Shown: positions 17,520-27,368 of the stretch, piece by piece
Layout of the letters: the number at the start of each line of letters is the position of its first letter
How positions within the stretch are numbered: the stretch's first letter is position 1
Source of the DNA: a virus
DNA: 64,000 nt
Reading direction: 5' to 3' (one strand)
Virus record (IMG/VR): IMGVR_UViG_3300035670_010029
Translations under genes and position numbers: made by a program
Notes under the pieces: generated by a model
Seen by the model: the letters and a program-made list of their open reading frames with translations, nothing else
Databases searched by the model: none
What the model was told of the DNA's origin: nothing

Positions 17520-18220
17520 TGTTACATGTATTTTATAGGATTAGTGACACAGGATACCACAAAGAAAAACCCCCTTATATTAATAATGAGCAATGTCTTA
17601 GAAACTTTGTAAAGGTATTTGACAAAGACATCAACTGTACCATTATTGCAGATAATATTTCAGAACTTACGCTATCAATGATAGAAGAGGTTTTTCCAAA
17701 TGCAACTGTCAAACCGGTTAATGTTGGACATGGAGCCGGCACATTCAATATAGCTCTTGATATAGCTCTAAAATTACAAAATAATCAAGACATAGTTTAT
17801 TTTTTAGAAAACGACTATATTCATCGACCATCCGCACAGCAAATTTTACTAGAAGGTTTTGATCTTAATCCTTCTTTTGTGACTCTATATGACCATCCAG
17901 ATAAATATATGGATCCTGCTCATGGGGGCAACCCTTTTTGCGCAGGAGGTGCTGAGTATACTAAAGTTTATTTAACGAAGTCCTGCCACTGGAAAATTAC
18001 CAACAGTACTACGATGACATTTGCTAGCAGAGTACAGACTCTTAAAGAAACACAAAGCACCATAAGAAAGTGGACACAACAGTCACACCCCCATGATTTT
18101 CAAATGTTTTTGGATCTTAGAGAACAAAATCATCATCTCATATCTTCAATTCCCGGATATGCTACACATGGCGAAACCAAATGGCTTGCTCCACTCTTTG
18201 AATGGGAGTCACATGTATGA
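17519..18220 (+). CDS. Glycosyltransferase, GT-A fold
   Basis: IIADN, VYFLENDYIH, TLYDHPDKY, STTMTF, PGYATHGE. Confidence 0.75.
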   Translation: MLHVFYRISDTGYHKEKPPYINNEQCLRNFVKVFDKDINCTIIADNISELTLSMIEEVFPNATVKPVNVGHGAGTFNIALDIALKLQNNQDIVYFLENDYIHRPSAQQILLEGFDLNPSFVTLYDHPDKYMDPAHGGNPFCAGGAEYTKVYLTKSCHWKITNSTTMTFASRVQTLKETQSTIRKWTQQSHPHDFQMFLDLREQNHHLISSIPGYATHGETKWLAPLFEWESHV

Positions 18221-19032
18221 AATGGTTAAATTGGGCCAAGCAACCCGAAAACAGTATTGCTTACGTAGATATAGAGGAAAATATGTCTCATAATCACTTA
18301 ATATGTCATATTCATTGCATAGAACACGAAAAAACATACTATACAATAGAACAAATACATAAACATATTGATATTTTTGATGGACATAAAATCATAACCG
18401 TTTCTAGTGAACAAGAGCCCATTTCCCAGTCTGCTTCTTTTATGAAGCTCATTTCTGTTTTATCTCCAAAACCAGACACAATAATCATCCCTACTGCCAA
18501 TAATCTAGAAAGAAGAGAGTCTATACATTTTTTTAATAAAGCAGCCCCGCTACTTAAAACTATTTTAAAATATCATCCGACATATTCTAAAAATAATAAC
18601 TATGTATTTTATGCTCACAGCAAAGGTGTAACACACACAGAAAAAAACTATGCGATTACAGCATGGGTAAATACGCTATGGAAGTATAATATATGGTGTT
18701 ATCATGATATGATTAAGCCATTATTAAAATCATATAAATTTATAGGCTGTTTAAAGACATCCAAACAACATGGAATAAAGTGTTCTTGTCATTATCAAGG
18801 CACATTTTTTTGGTTCGATGCCAAAATTCTAAACGATGATAAATTATGGTACCAAAACCATAACCATGTTTTGTCATTAGAAATGTGGCCAGGAATAGTA
18901 GCATCATCAGAAGAGTGTTTTTCTGTTTTCGATTTGCCTGATGGTGATCTATACAAAAAAGACTATTGGTATAACCATTACTTTACAGGAAAGATAGACA
19001 AACCTCATACTGCTTCTTATTATAAAACATAG
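18202..19032 (+). CDS. Putative glycosyltransferase-like protein
   Basis: FYAHSKGVT, HYQGTFFWF, E.W.G motifs typical of phage/giant-virus glycan-cluster proteins; start may be ATG 18217. Confidence 0.55.
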   Translation: MGVTCMKWLNWAKQPENSIAYVDIEENMSHNHLICHIHCIEHEKTYYTIEQIHKHIDIFDGHKIITVSSEQEPISQSASFMKLISVLSPKPDTIIIPTANNLERRESIHFFNKAAPLLKTILKYHPTYSKNNNYVFYAHSKGVTHTEKNYAITAWVNTLWKYNIWCYHDMIKPLLKSYKFIGCLKTSKQHGIKCSCHYQGTFFWFDAKILNDDKLWYQNHNHVLSLEMWPGIVASSEECFSVFDLPDGDLYKKDYWYNHYFTGKIDKPHTASYYKT

Positions 19033-19064
19033 TCACACTGAAACCTAGGCATTTCCAGTCTTTC

Positions 19065-19883
19065 ATGATCTCAACCATAGTACCATCATACAAAAATCCA
19101 AAATGTCTAGAAATATGTATTAGATCATTTATAGATACTCTATATTATTCATCTAATGAATTGATATGTGTTATAGATGGCCATATTCAACTATATGAGT
19201 CTCTTATAAATAAATATCAACCACATAATAATATTCATTTTATATTGAACGAAAATAATCAGGGAATGCCATTTTCTATCAATAATGGAGTTTATTATGC
19301 TAGCTCACAATGGATACTAATTATAAATGACGATAATGTTTTTCCTATGTCATGGGACTCGACACTGTATAAATATAGATCTTCGGACTTAGTTATCTCT
19401 CCTAATCAAATAGAAAAACACCCAAGTATATTTAATTTTATTCAACATGATTTTGGTGATGTAAATAACTTTAGATATGATGAGTTTTTAAAAGCCGAAC
19501 CGTCTTTTAGGCAATCAGGACTGTCTAACGATGGAGAAATTTTTCCGTTCTTTATGAGCAAAAAATTGTTTATGGCTGTTGGTGGTTTTGATTTAATATA
19601 CCCATCTCCATTTGTGTGTGACTGGGATTTTTTCTTAAAATTAGAGTTATTGAATACCAAATTCTCTAGAACTCGTGATATTAACTTTTATCATTTTGGT
19701 AGTGTGGCAACTAAAAAATCTAAAGACAGAACAGATGCCGATAAATTTTCTAATAGCGAAATAATTGCTTCTCAAGTATTTTACAAAAAATGGGGGTTTC
19801 AGCCTCATATTAGCAGGCCATCTAATTCTCATAAGCCAGCACATATTAATGCTCTGAAAGGGATAGTTTTTTATGACACATAA
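19065..19883 (+). CDS. Glycosyltransferase family 2
   Basis: STIVPSYK, ICVIDG, NQGMPFSINNG, IINDDNVF, VGGFD, DWDFFLK, YHFGS. Confidence 0.9.
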   Translation: MISTIVPSYKNPKCLEICIRSFIDTLYYSSNELICVIDGHIQLYESLINKYQPHNNIHFILNENNQGMPFSINNGVYYASSQWILIINDDNVFPMSWDSTLYKYRSSDLVISPNQIEKHPSIFNFIQHDFGDVNNFRYDEFLKAEPSFRQSGLSNDGEIFPFFMSKKLFMAVGGFDLIYPSPFVCDWDFFLKLELLNTKFSRTRDINFYHFGSVATKKSKDRTDADKFSNSEIIASQVFYKKWGFQPHISRPSNSHKPAHINALKGIVFYDT

Positions 19884-20877
19884 GATTCTTATAACAGGAA
19901 ATGCGGGTTTGCTCGGTTCGAACCTGTCAGACTATATTACTCTACAATATCCAGACAAATATACTTTATATGGTATAGACGACCTTAGTGGTGGATATAC
20001 AGAAAATATTAATTCTAAAACTCAATTTTATCCAATCAATATACTAGACAATAATTTTGATAATATATTTGCAGATATTTCCCCTGATTATGTATTTCAC
20101 CTAGCAGCATATGCTGCAGAAGGATTGAGTCCATTTATACGTAGATATAACTATGAAAACAACCTAGTTTGTACTGCTAAGATTATTAACAATTGTATTA
20201 AGCATAATGTTAAAAGATTAGTTTTTACGTCTTCTATGGCCGTGTATGGAAACAATACTGTTCCATTTGACGAAAGCATGACGCCCAAGCCCATAGATCC
20301 CTACGGTATTGCAAAGTATGGGTGCGAAATGGATATTCAAATCGCCGGAGAACAACACGGATTGGATTGGTGCATCATCAGACCTCATAATGTATATGGA
20401 AGAAAACAGAATATTTGGGACAAGTATCGCAATGTTTTAGGAATATGGATGTACCAGCATCTTAACAAAAAACCTCTTACTATTTTCGGTGACGGCGAAC
20501 AAAAAAGAGCTTTTAGTTATATTGATGACAGCGTTGGTCCGCTATTTCGTGCTGCAATAGAACCAACAGCATCCAAACAAATTATCAATTTGGGAGGGAT
20601 TACAGATTGTACAATTAACGAAGCTGCTGATACGCTGTTAGATGTAATAGGAGATGGTCAAAAGGTTTATTTAGAGGGTAGACATGAGGTTAAGTATGCT
20701 TTCTCAACATATCAAAAATCTGTAGATATTTTAAAGTTTGATCATAAAACTTCTTTGAAAAACGGATTAACAGATATGTGGGCGTGGGCACAAACACAAC
20801 CCAATAGATCACAATTTATCTGGAATAGTTACGAACTAGAGAAAGGACTATATTCATTTTGGAACACAACCAAGTAA
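19873..20877 (+). CDS. NAD-dependent nucleotide-sugar epimerase/dehydratase (GalE-like SDR)
   Basis: ITGNAGLLG, FHLAA, FTSSMAVYG, YGIAK (YxxxK), RPHNVYG, IFGDGEQKRAF. Confidence 0.92.
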   Translation: MTHKILITGNAGLLGSNLSDYITLQYPDKYTLYGIDDLSGGYTENINSKTQFYPINILDNNFDNIFADISPDYVFHLAAYAAEGLSPFIRRYNYENNLVCTAKIINNCIKHNVKRLVFTSSMAVYGNNTVPFDESMTPKPIDPYGIAKYGCEMDIQIAGEQHGLDWCIIRPHNVYGRKQNIWDKYRNVLGIWMYQHLNKKPLTIFGDGEQKRAFSYIDDSVGPLFRAAIEPTASKQIINLGGITDCTINEAADTLLDVIGDGQKVYLEGRHEVKYAFSTYQKSVDILKFDHKTSLKNGLTDMWAWAQTQPNRSQFIWNSYELEKGLYSFWNTTK

Positions 20878-21692
20878 GTCTAAAGCAGATAGCGTCTGAG
20901 TCTGTTTATGCGTCTGTAGGAACATTTACTTCTACACAATCCCTAGATATATTATGCGCATATCTAAAACACAATAAGCCATTTTTAGATCATTTCAAAG
21001 ACATTATTTTCTCTGTTAATGGTGAACAATCTATCATAGATCAAATTCAGTCCAAAGTTAAACAGATTCTTAATGCAACAATACATATTGTGGTTTCAGA
21101 GAATCTTGGACATACTTTTGGTACTTTTTTATCTGACTATAAAATATTCGAATATTCTTCACAATTGCCATATAACTATGTTTGGAAATTTTCTAATGAT
21201 GTATTAGTAGACATAGAAATATTAGATAAAATAGTAACTAAAGACGTTGGTTTTTATTACGTAAACAACATAGGATATAATGTATTTAATACATATTCAA
21301 AAGAAGAACTACCAAATGTACTACTAAATCAACAATTTTACTATCCTCAAACAAATTACTACATTATTAAAAATAATATTCAGTTTTTGCCCGACGAAAA
21401 CACTATAATACAGCTTAGGAATAAATATCAAGAAATTCAAAGAACCCAACCTAATATACAACCGTGGCACGCTATAGAGGGTTGTGATTGCGAACACATG
21501 CTTGCTAAAACTGTCGAAGCTAATAATTTATCAAAAGAATACCTTTTATCCGAATATAGCACCAATGCTATAGTAGATTTTATTCACAGTGAAAAAATTC
21601 ATGATGGCAGCCATAAAAATATAGCATATGCAGAGTTGGGTAATCTATGTCATTATCATTATTTAGGACACCCCGTAGCGGTGCTAGGATAG
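20859..21692 (+). CDS. Hypothetical protein, possible GT-A-like
   Basis: ENLGHTFG and WKFSNDV resemble GT-A elements; cluster context; exact start uncertain. Confidence 0.5.
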   Translation: MEHNQVSLKQIASESVYASVGTFTSTQSLDILCAYLKHNKPFLDHFKDIIFSVNGEQSIIDQIQSKVKQILNATIHIVVSENLGHTFGTFLSDYKIFEYSSQLPYNYVWKFSNDVLVDIEILDKIVTKDVGFYYVNNIGYNVFNTYSKEELPNVLLNQQFYYPQTNYYIIKNNIQFLPDENTIIQLRNKYQEIQRTQPNIQPWHAIEGCDCEHMLAKTVEANNLSKEYLLSEYSTNAIVDFIHSEKIHDGSHKNIAYAELGNLCHYHYLGHPVAVLG

Positions 21693-21703
21693 CTTTTTCT
21701 ATC

Positions 21704-21731
21704 TTGACCATTCTCAGCATACTGCTATCAT
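21704..21731 (+). promoter_or_regulatory. Sigma-70-type promoter, probably leaderless
   Basis: TTGACC (21704-21709), 16-nt spacer, TG-c-TATCAT (21726-21731); ATG at 21737. Confidence 0.6.
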
Positions 21732-21736
21732 ATCGC

Positions 21737-22204
21737 ATGAGACCTTCATGGACAGACTATTTTCTCGGGTTGGCTAAAGTTGTTTCTCAACGAAGTCACG
21801 ATATACATACGCAACACGGGTGTGTTATTACAGACCAAAACCACAGAATATTGGGAGTGGGTTATAACGGTTTTCCAAAAAATATGGATGACACACTACT
21901 GCCCACTAGTCGTCCCGACAAATACTATTGGATGATACACTCTGAAAGAAATGCTTTGTCTAATTGTGTTATCAGACCAGACAACGGAATAGCATATGTT
22001 ACCGGTCAATGCTGCAATGATTGTATCATGGCTTTATGGCAGGAAGGCATCAAAACCGTTTACATGATAGATGATCATGGAACCCGTCTTTTTGATGAAG
22101 AAGCAAAAAAAAGATTTGATCTATTTGTCAAAACTTCAGGAATGGAAATTTACAAAGTCTCACCAGACTTCTCTTGGATCAAAAAATTGTGTGGTGTACT
22201 ATGA
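21737..22204 (+). CDS. dCMP deaminase
   Basis: MRPSWTDYFL, GYNGFP, HSERNA, CCNDC zinc motif; ATG 21737 preferred to ORF-track start 21647. Confidence 0.92.
   Translation: MRPSWTDYFLGLAKVVSQRSHDIHTQHGCVITDQNHRILGVGYNGFPKNMDDTLLPTSRPDKYYWMIHSERNALSNCVIRPDNGIAYVTGQCCNDCIMALWQEGIKTVYMIDDHGTRLFDEEAKKRFDLFVKTSGMEIYKVSPDFSWIKKLCGVL
22193..22201 (+). promoter_or_regulatory. Candidate phage-specific promoter motif (GGTGTACTA)
   Basis: At the end of the deaminase gene, about 55 nt upstream of the nrdJ ATG. Confidence 0.4.
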
Positions 22205-22255
22205 GTTATCTTTTATTTTCAGTGTCGCATATATTATTATAATTTAGGAGACCAA

Positions 22256-24451
22256 ATGTCAGCTCTACAAGAATTACAGAATTATACCTTTGTTAGTAAG
22301 TATGCTCGCTGGATAGAATCAGAAAATCGTAGAGAGACATGGAAAGAAGCAGTAGAACGCGTCAAAGATATGATGCACACAAAGTATGCCGATTGCAATA
22401 TAACAGAAGATATAAATTGGGCATACGATATGATGTATAAGAAAAAAGTACTAGGAAGTCAACGAGCCTTGCAATTCGGGGGCGATCCTATATTAAAAAG
22501 AAATGCAAAAATTTATAATTGTACTGCTAGTTATTGTGATCGATTAAGATTTTTTCAAGAATGTTTTTGGTTATTATTATGTGGTAGTGGAACAGGGTTC
22601 AGCGTACAAAAACACCATGTTGCTAAATTACCAGCTCTTTCTCAAGAGCCAAAATCCGAAAACGGCAGAAAATATGTTATTGAAGATAGCATAGAAGGAT
22701 GGGCCGATGCTTTGGGTGTTTTATTAAGCTCATACTTTGTAAAACCAGCTGAAGATAAATTTAAGGAATATAAGGATCAATATGTGGTTTTCGATTATTC
22801 GAATATTAGACCCAAAGGTTCTCCTCTTACATCTGGTGTGGGTAAAGCCCCAGGATTTGAGCCTCTCCAAAATGGTCTCGAAAAAATACGAACTCTTCTT
22901 GATAGATGTGTAGCCAATGGACAAAAAAAACTTAGACCGATTGATGCTTACGATATTATTATGCACAGTAGCGATGCCGTGCTATCTGGTGGCGTTCGAA
23001 GGAGTGCGTCATTAGCATTATTTAGTGCCGATGACGAAGAGATGGCAAAAGCCAAGACAGGCAATTGGTATATAGAAAATCCACAAAGAGCAAGAAGCAA
23101 TAATTCGGCACTTTTGCTAAAAAGCGAAACAACATTCGAAGAGTTCCAAACACTGATGGAAAGTGTAAAAGAGTTTGGAGAACCAGGATTTATATGGAGC
23201 GATTCTACAGAAATGGTTTTTAATCCTTGTGTAGAAATTTCTTTGTGGCCAGTTAATGAAAAAAACGGAAAGTCAGGTTTTCAAGGCTGTAATCTATCAA
23301 CTATTAATTGTTCCTCCATAGTTGATGAAAACGATTTTTATGAACGATGCAAAGCAGCTGCATTGATAGGTACTCTACAAGCAGGATTTACTAGGCTAGA
23401 ATATCTGGGAAAAGATAGCGAGGAAATATTTGAAAGAGAAGCTTTGCTAGGTGTTTCGATGACAGGCATCATGGAAAAGCATGACCTAATATTAACCGAA
23501 AAAGTATTAAAGCAGGGTGCCAAAATTGCTGTCGAAACAAATAAAGAAATGGCCAAAAAAATAGGTATTAATCAGGCAGCAAGAGTAACGTGTCTCAAAC
23601 CAGAAGGCACTAGTAGTAGTATGCTTGGTACCAGCTCGGGCATTCATCCCCACCATGCTAAACGCTATATAAGACACGTACAGGCCAATGTTTTAGAGGC
23701 CCCATACCAACACTTTAAAAATTATAACCCGCAAGCCTGCGAGAGATCCTCATGGTCTGCAAACAATACAGATGAAGTTATAAAATTTCCAATAGAAGTT
23801 CCAGACGGGGCCAAATTAAAGAATCAATTACCAGCAGTTGAAATGTTGTCTATTGTCAAAGACACACAGAAAAATTGGGTCCATTCTGGTAAAAACCGAT
23901 CATTATGTACACAAGAGTATTTAAGCCATAATGTTAGCAATACTATTACAGTGAAACCAGACGAATGGGATGATGTCACAAAATACATTTATGATAACCG
24001 TAAATATTTTGCTGGCATTAGTCTTATTCCACAAAGCGGAGATAAGGATTATCCTCAAGCCCCTTTTACTACGGTTTATACCAGCAGAGAAATTGTAAAA
24101 GAATACGGAGATGCTGCTTTATGGTGCTCCGGACTAATAGAATTAGGCCTAAATGCTTTCAATAATAATTTATGGGCAGCATGTGACTATGTTAGTATGA
24201 ATCAGGCCAAAGAAGATGATAGCGAAGCTAAGCTTAAATTTACAACCAAAATGAAGAATTTTGCTGGAAAATATTTTGAAGGAGATGTTAGACGCTTGAC
24301 ATATTGCATGAAAGATGTTTATAATTGGAAGGTCTATTGTGATTTATACAATAGTTTCAAAAAGGTTGACTATACACAACTTCTAGAAACAGAAGATAAT
24401 ACCGCCGGTATTGAAGAAATTAGTTGCGCAGGAGGAGCTTGCTTACTGTGA
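22256..24451 (+). CDS. nrdJ: Class II (adenosylcobalamin-dependent) ribonucleotide reductase, monomeric RTPR type
   Basis: YNCTA, GGVRRSA, NPCVEI (thiyl Cys), GCNLSTIN, TCLKPEGTSS, C-terminal CAGGAC; no R2 subunit nearby. Confidence 0.92.
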   Translation: MSALQELQNYTFVSKYARWIESENRRETWKEAVERVKDMMHTKYADCNITEDINWAYDMMYKKKVLGSQRALQFGGDPILKRNAKIYNCTASYCDRLRFFQECFWLLLCGSGTGFSVQKHHVAKLPALSQEPKSENGRKYVIEDSIEGWADALGVLLSSYFVKPAEDKFKEYKDQYVVFDYSNIRPKGSPLTSGVGKAPGFEPLQNGLEKIRTLLDRCVANGQKKLRPIDAYDIIMHSSDAVLSGGVRRSASLALFSADDEEMAKAKTGNWYIENPQRARSNNSALLLKSETTFEEFQTLMESVKEFGEPGFIWSDSTEMVFNPCVEISLWPVNEKNGKSGFQGCNLSTINCSSIVDENDFYERCKAAALIGTLQAGFTRLEYLGKDSEEIFEREALLGVSMTGIMEKHDLILTEKVLKQGAKIAVETNKEMAKKIGINQAARVTCLKPEGTSSSMLGTSSGIHPHHAKRYIRHVQANVLEAPYQHFKNYNPQACERSSWSANNTDEVIKFPIEVPDGAKLKNQLPAVEMLSIVKDTQKNWVHSGKNRSLCTQEYLSHNVSNTITVKPDEWDDVTKYIYDNRKYFAGISLIPQSGDKDYPQAPFTTVYTSREIVKEYGDAALWCSGLIELGLNAFNNNLWAACDYVSMNQAKEDDSEAKLKFTTKMKNFAGKYFEGDVRRLTYCMKDVYNWKVYCDLYNSFKKVDYTQLLETEDNTAGIEEISCAGGACLL

Positions 24452-24900
24452 ATACAAATACTGTAAAAAAAACACCAGTCATAAAATATAATCTACTTCA
24501 TGATAATGCTATTCCACCAAAAAGAAATCATGAAACAGATGCTGGTGCCGATCTTTATTCTTTAGAATCAGTGGTTATACCTCCTCTTGGTAGAAGTTTG
24601 ATAAAAACAGGTATATCATTACAGATACCAGAAGGATGGTATGGCAGAATTGCTCCTAGGTCTGGTCTTGCTGCGAAGTACGGCATAGATGTCTTAGCTG
24701 GTGTTATAGATAGTTCTTATAGAGGAGAAATTTGCGTGGTATTACATAATACTGATCCTTATGAAAGTTTTCATGTAAAAGCTTCTCAAAGGATAGCTCA
24801 AATCATAATAGAAAAACATTACAACTTTCATTTTAAGGAAACCTCAATTTTAGAAGACTCCAAAAGATCTAATAATGGTTTTGGGTCTAGTGGACTATAA
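24448..24900 (+). CDS. dut: Trimeric dUTPase
   Basis: AGADL, IAPRSG, GVIDSSYRGE, RIAQ, RSNNGFGSSG; GTG 24448 after GGAGGAG, overlapping the nrdJ stop. Confidence 0.95.
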   Translation: MNTNTVKKTPVIKYNLLHDNAIPPKRNHETDAGADLYSLESVVIPPLGRSLIKTGISLQIPEGWYGRIAPRSGLAAKYGIDVLAGVIDSSYRGEICVVLHNTDPYESFHVKASQRIAQIIIEKHYNFHFKETSILEDSKRSNNGFGSSGL

Positions 24901-24918
24901 TAATAATACTATTATAAT

Positions 24919-24927
24919 GGTGTATTA
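24919..24927 (+). promoter_or_regulatory. Candidate phage-specific promoter motif (GGTGTATTA)
   Basis: In the intergenic gap upstream of phoH. Confidence 0.45.
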
Positions 24928-24972
24928 TTAAGTACGATTGGTACTTTTTACTCTCCTTATAAAGGGCTAAAG

Positions 24973-25695
24973 TTGAGAAAAAACACAAATAAAAATCAAA
25001 AGAAAACTAAAAATGCCAACAATCCTCCAGAAAATCAACCACAAGCTTATCTTAATACGTTAAAACCAAGATCGATTAATCAGCGAGACTATATTAGAAC
25101 CATAGTCGAAAATCACATCACGTTTTGTCAAGGTGTTGCTGGTTCAGGGAAGAGTCATATCGCTATAGGTATGGCTATTGCTTATCTGTTTGAGGGTAAA
25201 GTTGATAAAATTATTATTACAAGACCTGTGGTTGAGTCGGGAGAAAGATTAGGATATTTGCCGGGAACAGCAGAAGAAAAATTACATCCTTATTTACTGC
25301 CATTATTAGATGAAGTAAATCATTTTATTTCTAATGGGCAATATAATACTCTAAAAAGAAATAATAAAATAGAGATAGTTCCATTAGGACTAATGAGAGG
25401 ACGTAATTTTCATAAATGTTTTATTGTTGCAGACGAATGTCAGAATGCTTCGTATGATCAACTTAAAATGCTTTTAACCAGAATAGGACAAGATAGCAAA
25501 ATGGTTTTGACCGGAGATGTCAGTCAATCAGATTTGCATAGACATATGCAGGGAGGGTTCTATAATATTATGAAGGCCCTGTCTGATTTGTCTGGTGTTG
25601 GAGTCTCAGAACTCGACGCATCAGATATAGTAAGACATCCTATAATTGCAGAAATTATAAGACGATTAGAATTCTTCGAAAATAATGAAAAATGA
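24973..25695 (+). CDS. phoH: PhoH-family ATPase
   Basis: GVAGSGKS, ITRPVVE, LGYLPG, MRGRNF, DECQN, LTRIG, GDVSQSD, DIVRHP. Confidence 0.95.
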   Translation: MRKNTNKNQKKTKNANNPPENQPQAYLNTLKPRSINQRDYIRTIVENHITFCQGVAGSGKSHIAIGMAIAYLFEGKVDKIIITRPVVESGERLGYLPGTAEEKLHPYLLPLLDEVNHFISNGQYNTLKRNNKIEIVPLGLMRGRNFHKCFIVADECQNASYDQLKMLLTRIGQDSKMVLTGDVSQSDLHRHMQGGFYNIMKALSDLSGVGVSELDASDIVRHPIIAEIIRRLEFFENNEK

Positions 25696-26263
25696 AAATA
25701 GTCACTGTCTAGTCTTAAATGCAGATTTTTCTCCATTAAGTATTATTCATTGGAAAAGAGCTATTGTATGGTCATATAGATATGACAATCAACACCCATT
25801 GTCTATAGAAATTGTCGATTTTTATAAAGACGATTTCATTCATTGTGTTAATAAAAATATCCCAATACCGGCTGTAGTAAAGACTAAACAATATTTTAGA
25901 ATAAATAGCCACACGGTTAATTTTTCTCGCAAAAATTTATTTATTAGAGACAATTATAGTTGTCAGTATTGTGGCATTAAAAAAGATATTAAAGAATTAA
26001 CATATGATCATGTTATTCCTAAGTCTACATGGAATAATAATGGATCCCCCACATGCTGGACCAATATTGTAACCGCTTGCGTCAGCTGCAATAGAAAAAA
26101 GGGCAATAGAACACCCAAAGAAGCTAAAATGCCATTACAAAATTTACCAGTAGTACCTCGTAAGACACCAAAGTACTTGCCAATAGCCTCTATGTTACTT
26201 AAGATAAGACAAGACATACCATCAGAGTGGTCTATATATTTACCAAAGTCTTATTTAGCATAA
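25685..26263 (+). CDS. HNH endonuclease
   Basis: LVLNADFSPL, RDNYSCQYCG, TYDHVIPKS, NIVTACVSCNRKK. Confidence 0.9.
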   Translation: MKNENSHCLVLNADFSPLSIIHWKRAIVWSYRYDNQHPLSIEIVDFYKDDFIHCVNKNIPIPAVVKTKQYFRINSHTVNFSRKNLFIRDNYSCQYCGIKKDIKELTYDHVIPKSTWNNNGSPTCWTNIVTACVSCNRKKGNRTPKEAKMPLQNLPVVPRKTPKYLPIASMLLKIRQDIPSEWSIYLPKSYLA

Positions 26264-26613
26264 TGCCAACATATTCATATATCTGTGATAATTGTGATCA
26301 TGAATTTGAAATGTTTTTTTATATCAGTAATTACACAGAGCATCCAAAATGTGAGCATTGCAAAAAAAAGAAAACACGGAGATGTTATATCAAAGATGTA
26401 AGCAGTCAACATATGGCAGTCAAAAAAAACGACAGCGAACTTAAGACCATAGGAGACTTAGCTAACAGAAATCGTGATCGTATGACAGAAGAACAAAAGG
26501 TTGAACTGTACAAAAAACACAATTCGTACAAAGAAGAACAGAGTACCAAAGAATTACCAAAAGGTATGTCTAGGATGAAAAAACCTAAATTTAAAACCAA
26601 GTGGACACAATAA
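26263..26613 (+). CDS. FmdB-family zinc-ribbon protein
   Basis: MPTYSYICDNCDHEFE...CEHC; ATG 26263 overlaps the HNH stop. Confidence 0.85.
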   Translation: MPTYSYICDNCDHEFEMFFYISNYTEHPKCEHCKKKKTRRCYIKDVSSQHMAVKKNDSELKTIGDLANRNRDRMTEEQKVELYKKHNSYKEEQSTKELPKGMSRMKKPKFKTKWTQ

Positions 26614-27008
26614 ACATGAGCTATATATATACTCCCACACATATTTACAATAAAGACAATCAAGAACAAACAGAAAATATACAGCTTTTTACTATCGCTG
26701 GTCTAGAGGACTTTTTGGATGATAATAGTTTTCCTCAAATAAAAATAGACGACAAGAGAACATATGCTAAAAAAATCACAAGGATTGATGGTACAATCAA
26801 ATATGCCATAAAAATGGCTCCTGATAAAAAACTGTTTAATCCCATATCCCCCATCGACAAAGATTCTAATAGCGTTTTCCTAGATAAAGTATCCAGATCT
26901 AATGATAAGTTTCGTTCCGTTAATCAGAAAACTTTTGATTGGTATTTAAAATTTTTGTCTACAAAAAATACAGCTTGGCTTTATAATGCAGAAAGAGAGG
27001 CTCAGTGA
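26601..27008 (+). CDS. Hypothetical protein
   Basis: 135-aa ORF in the operon; start 26601 or 26616. Confidence 0.7.
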   Translation: MDTINMSYIYTPTHIYNKDNQEQTENIQLFTIAGLEDFLDDNSFPQIKIDDKRTYAKKITRIDGTIKYAIKMAPDKKLFNPISPIDKDSNSVFLDKVSRSNDKFRSVNQKTFDWYLKFLSTKNTAWLYNAEREAQ

Positions 27009-27014
27009 TTCATC

Positions 27015-27368
27015 ATGAGTAGAACTACAAAACTACACAAGTACGCTATATTATGGTTGCATAGTCAAGGATTGAGTAATGAAGACATAGGTAAAGAAGT
27101 TAAGCTGAGTAGAGATCAGGTTAACAGAACAATATCTCAATATAGTACACCCATTAACAAAGAAGACAAAACACCGACTACAACAGAGCAACATGTTAAA
27201 ACCACAAATAGTAAAAGCAAAAACTTGATGATAACTGATAGCAATGCAAAAAAATTCAAAGTGGCTATCATGACCAAAGATGCCTCTATGCTAAACGATG
27301 AATTAAAGAAAAATAACACTCAAAGCCCTAGCGCAAAAGACTATATATATAGGCCGGATAATGGATGA
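27015..27368 (+). CDS. Hypothetical protein with N-terminal helix-turn-helix
   Basis: QGLSNEDIGKEVKLSRDQVNRTI. Confidence 0.7.
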   Translation: MSRTTKLHKYAILWLHSQGLSNEDIGKEVKLSRDQVNRTISQYSTPINKEDKTPTTTEQHVKTTNSKSKNLMITDSNAKKFKVAIMTKDASMLNDELKKNNTQSPSAKDYIYRPDNG

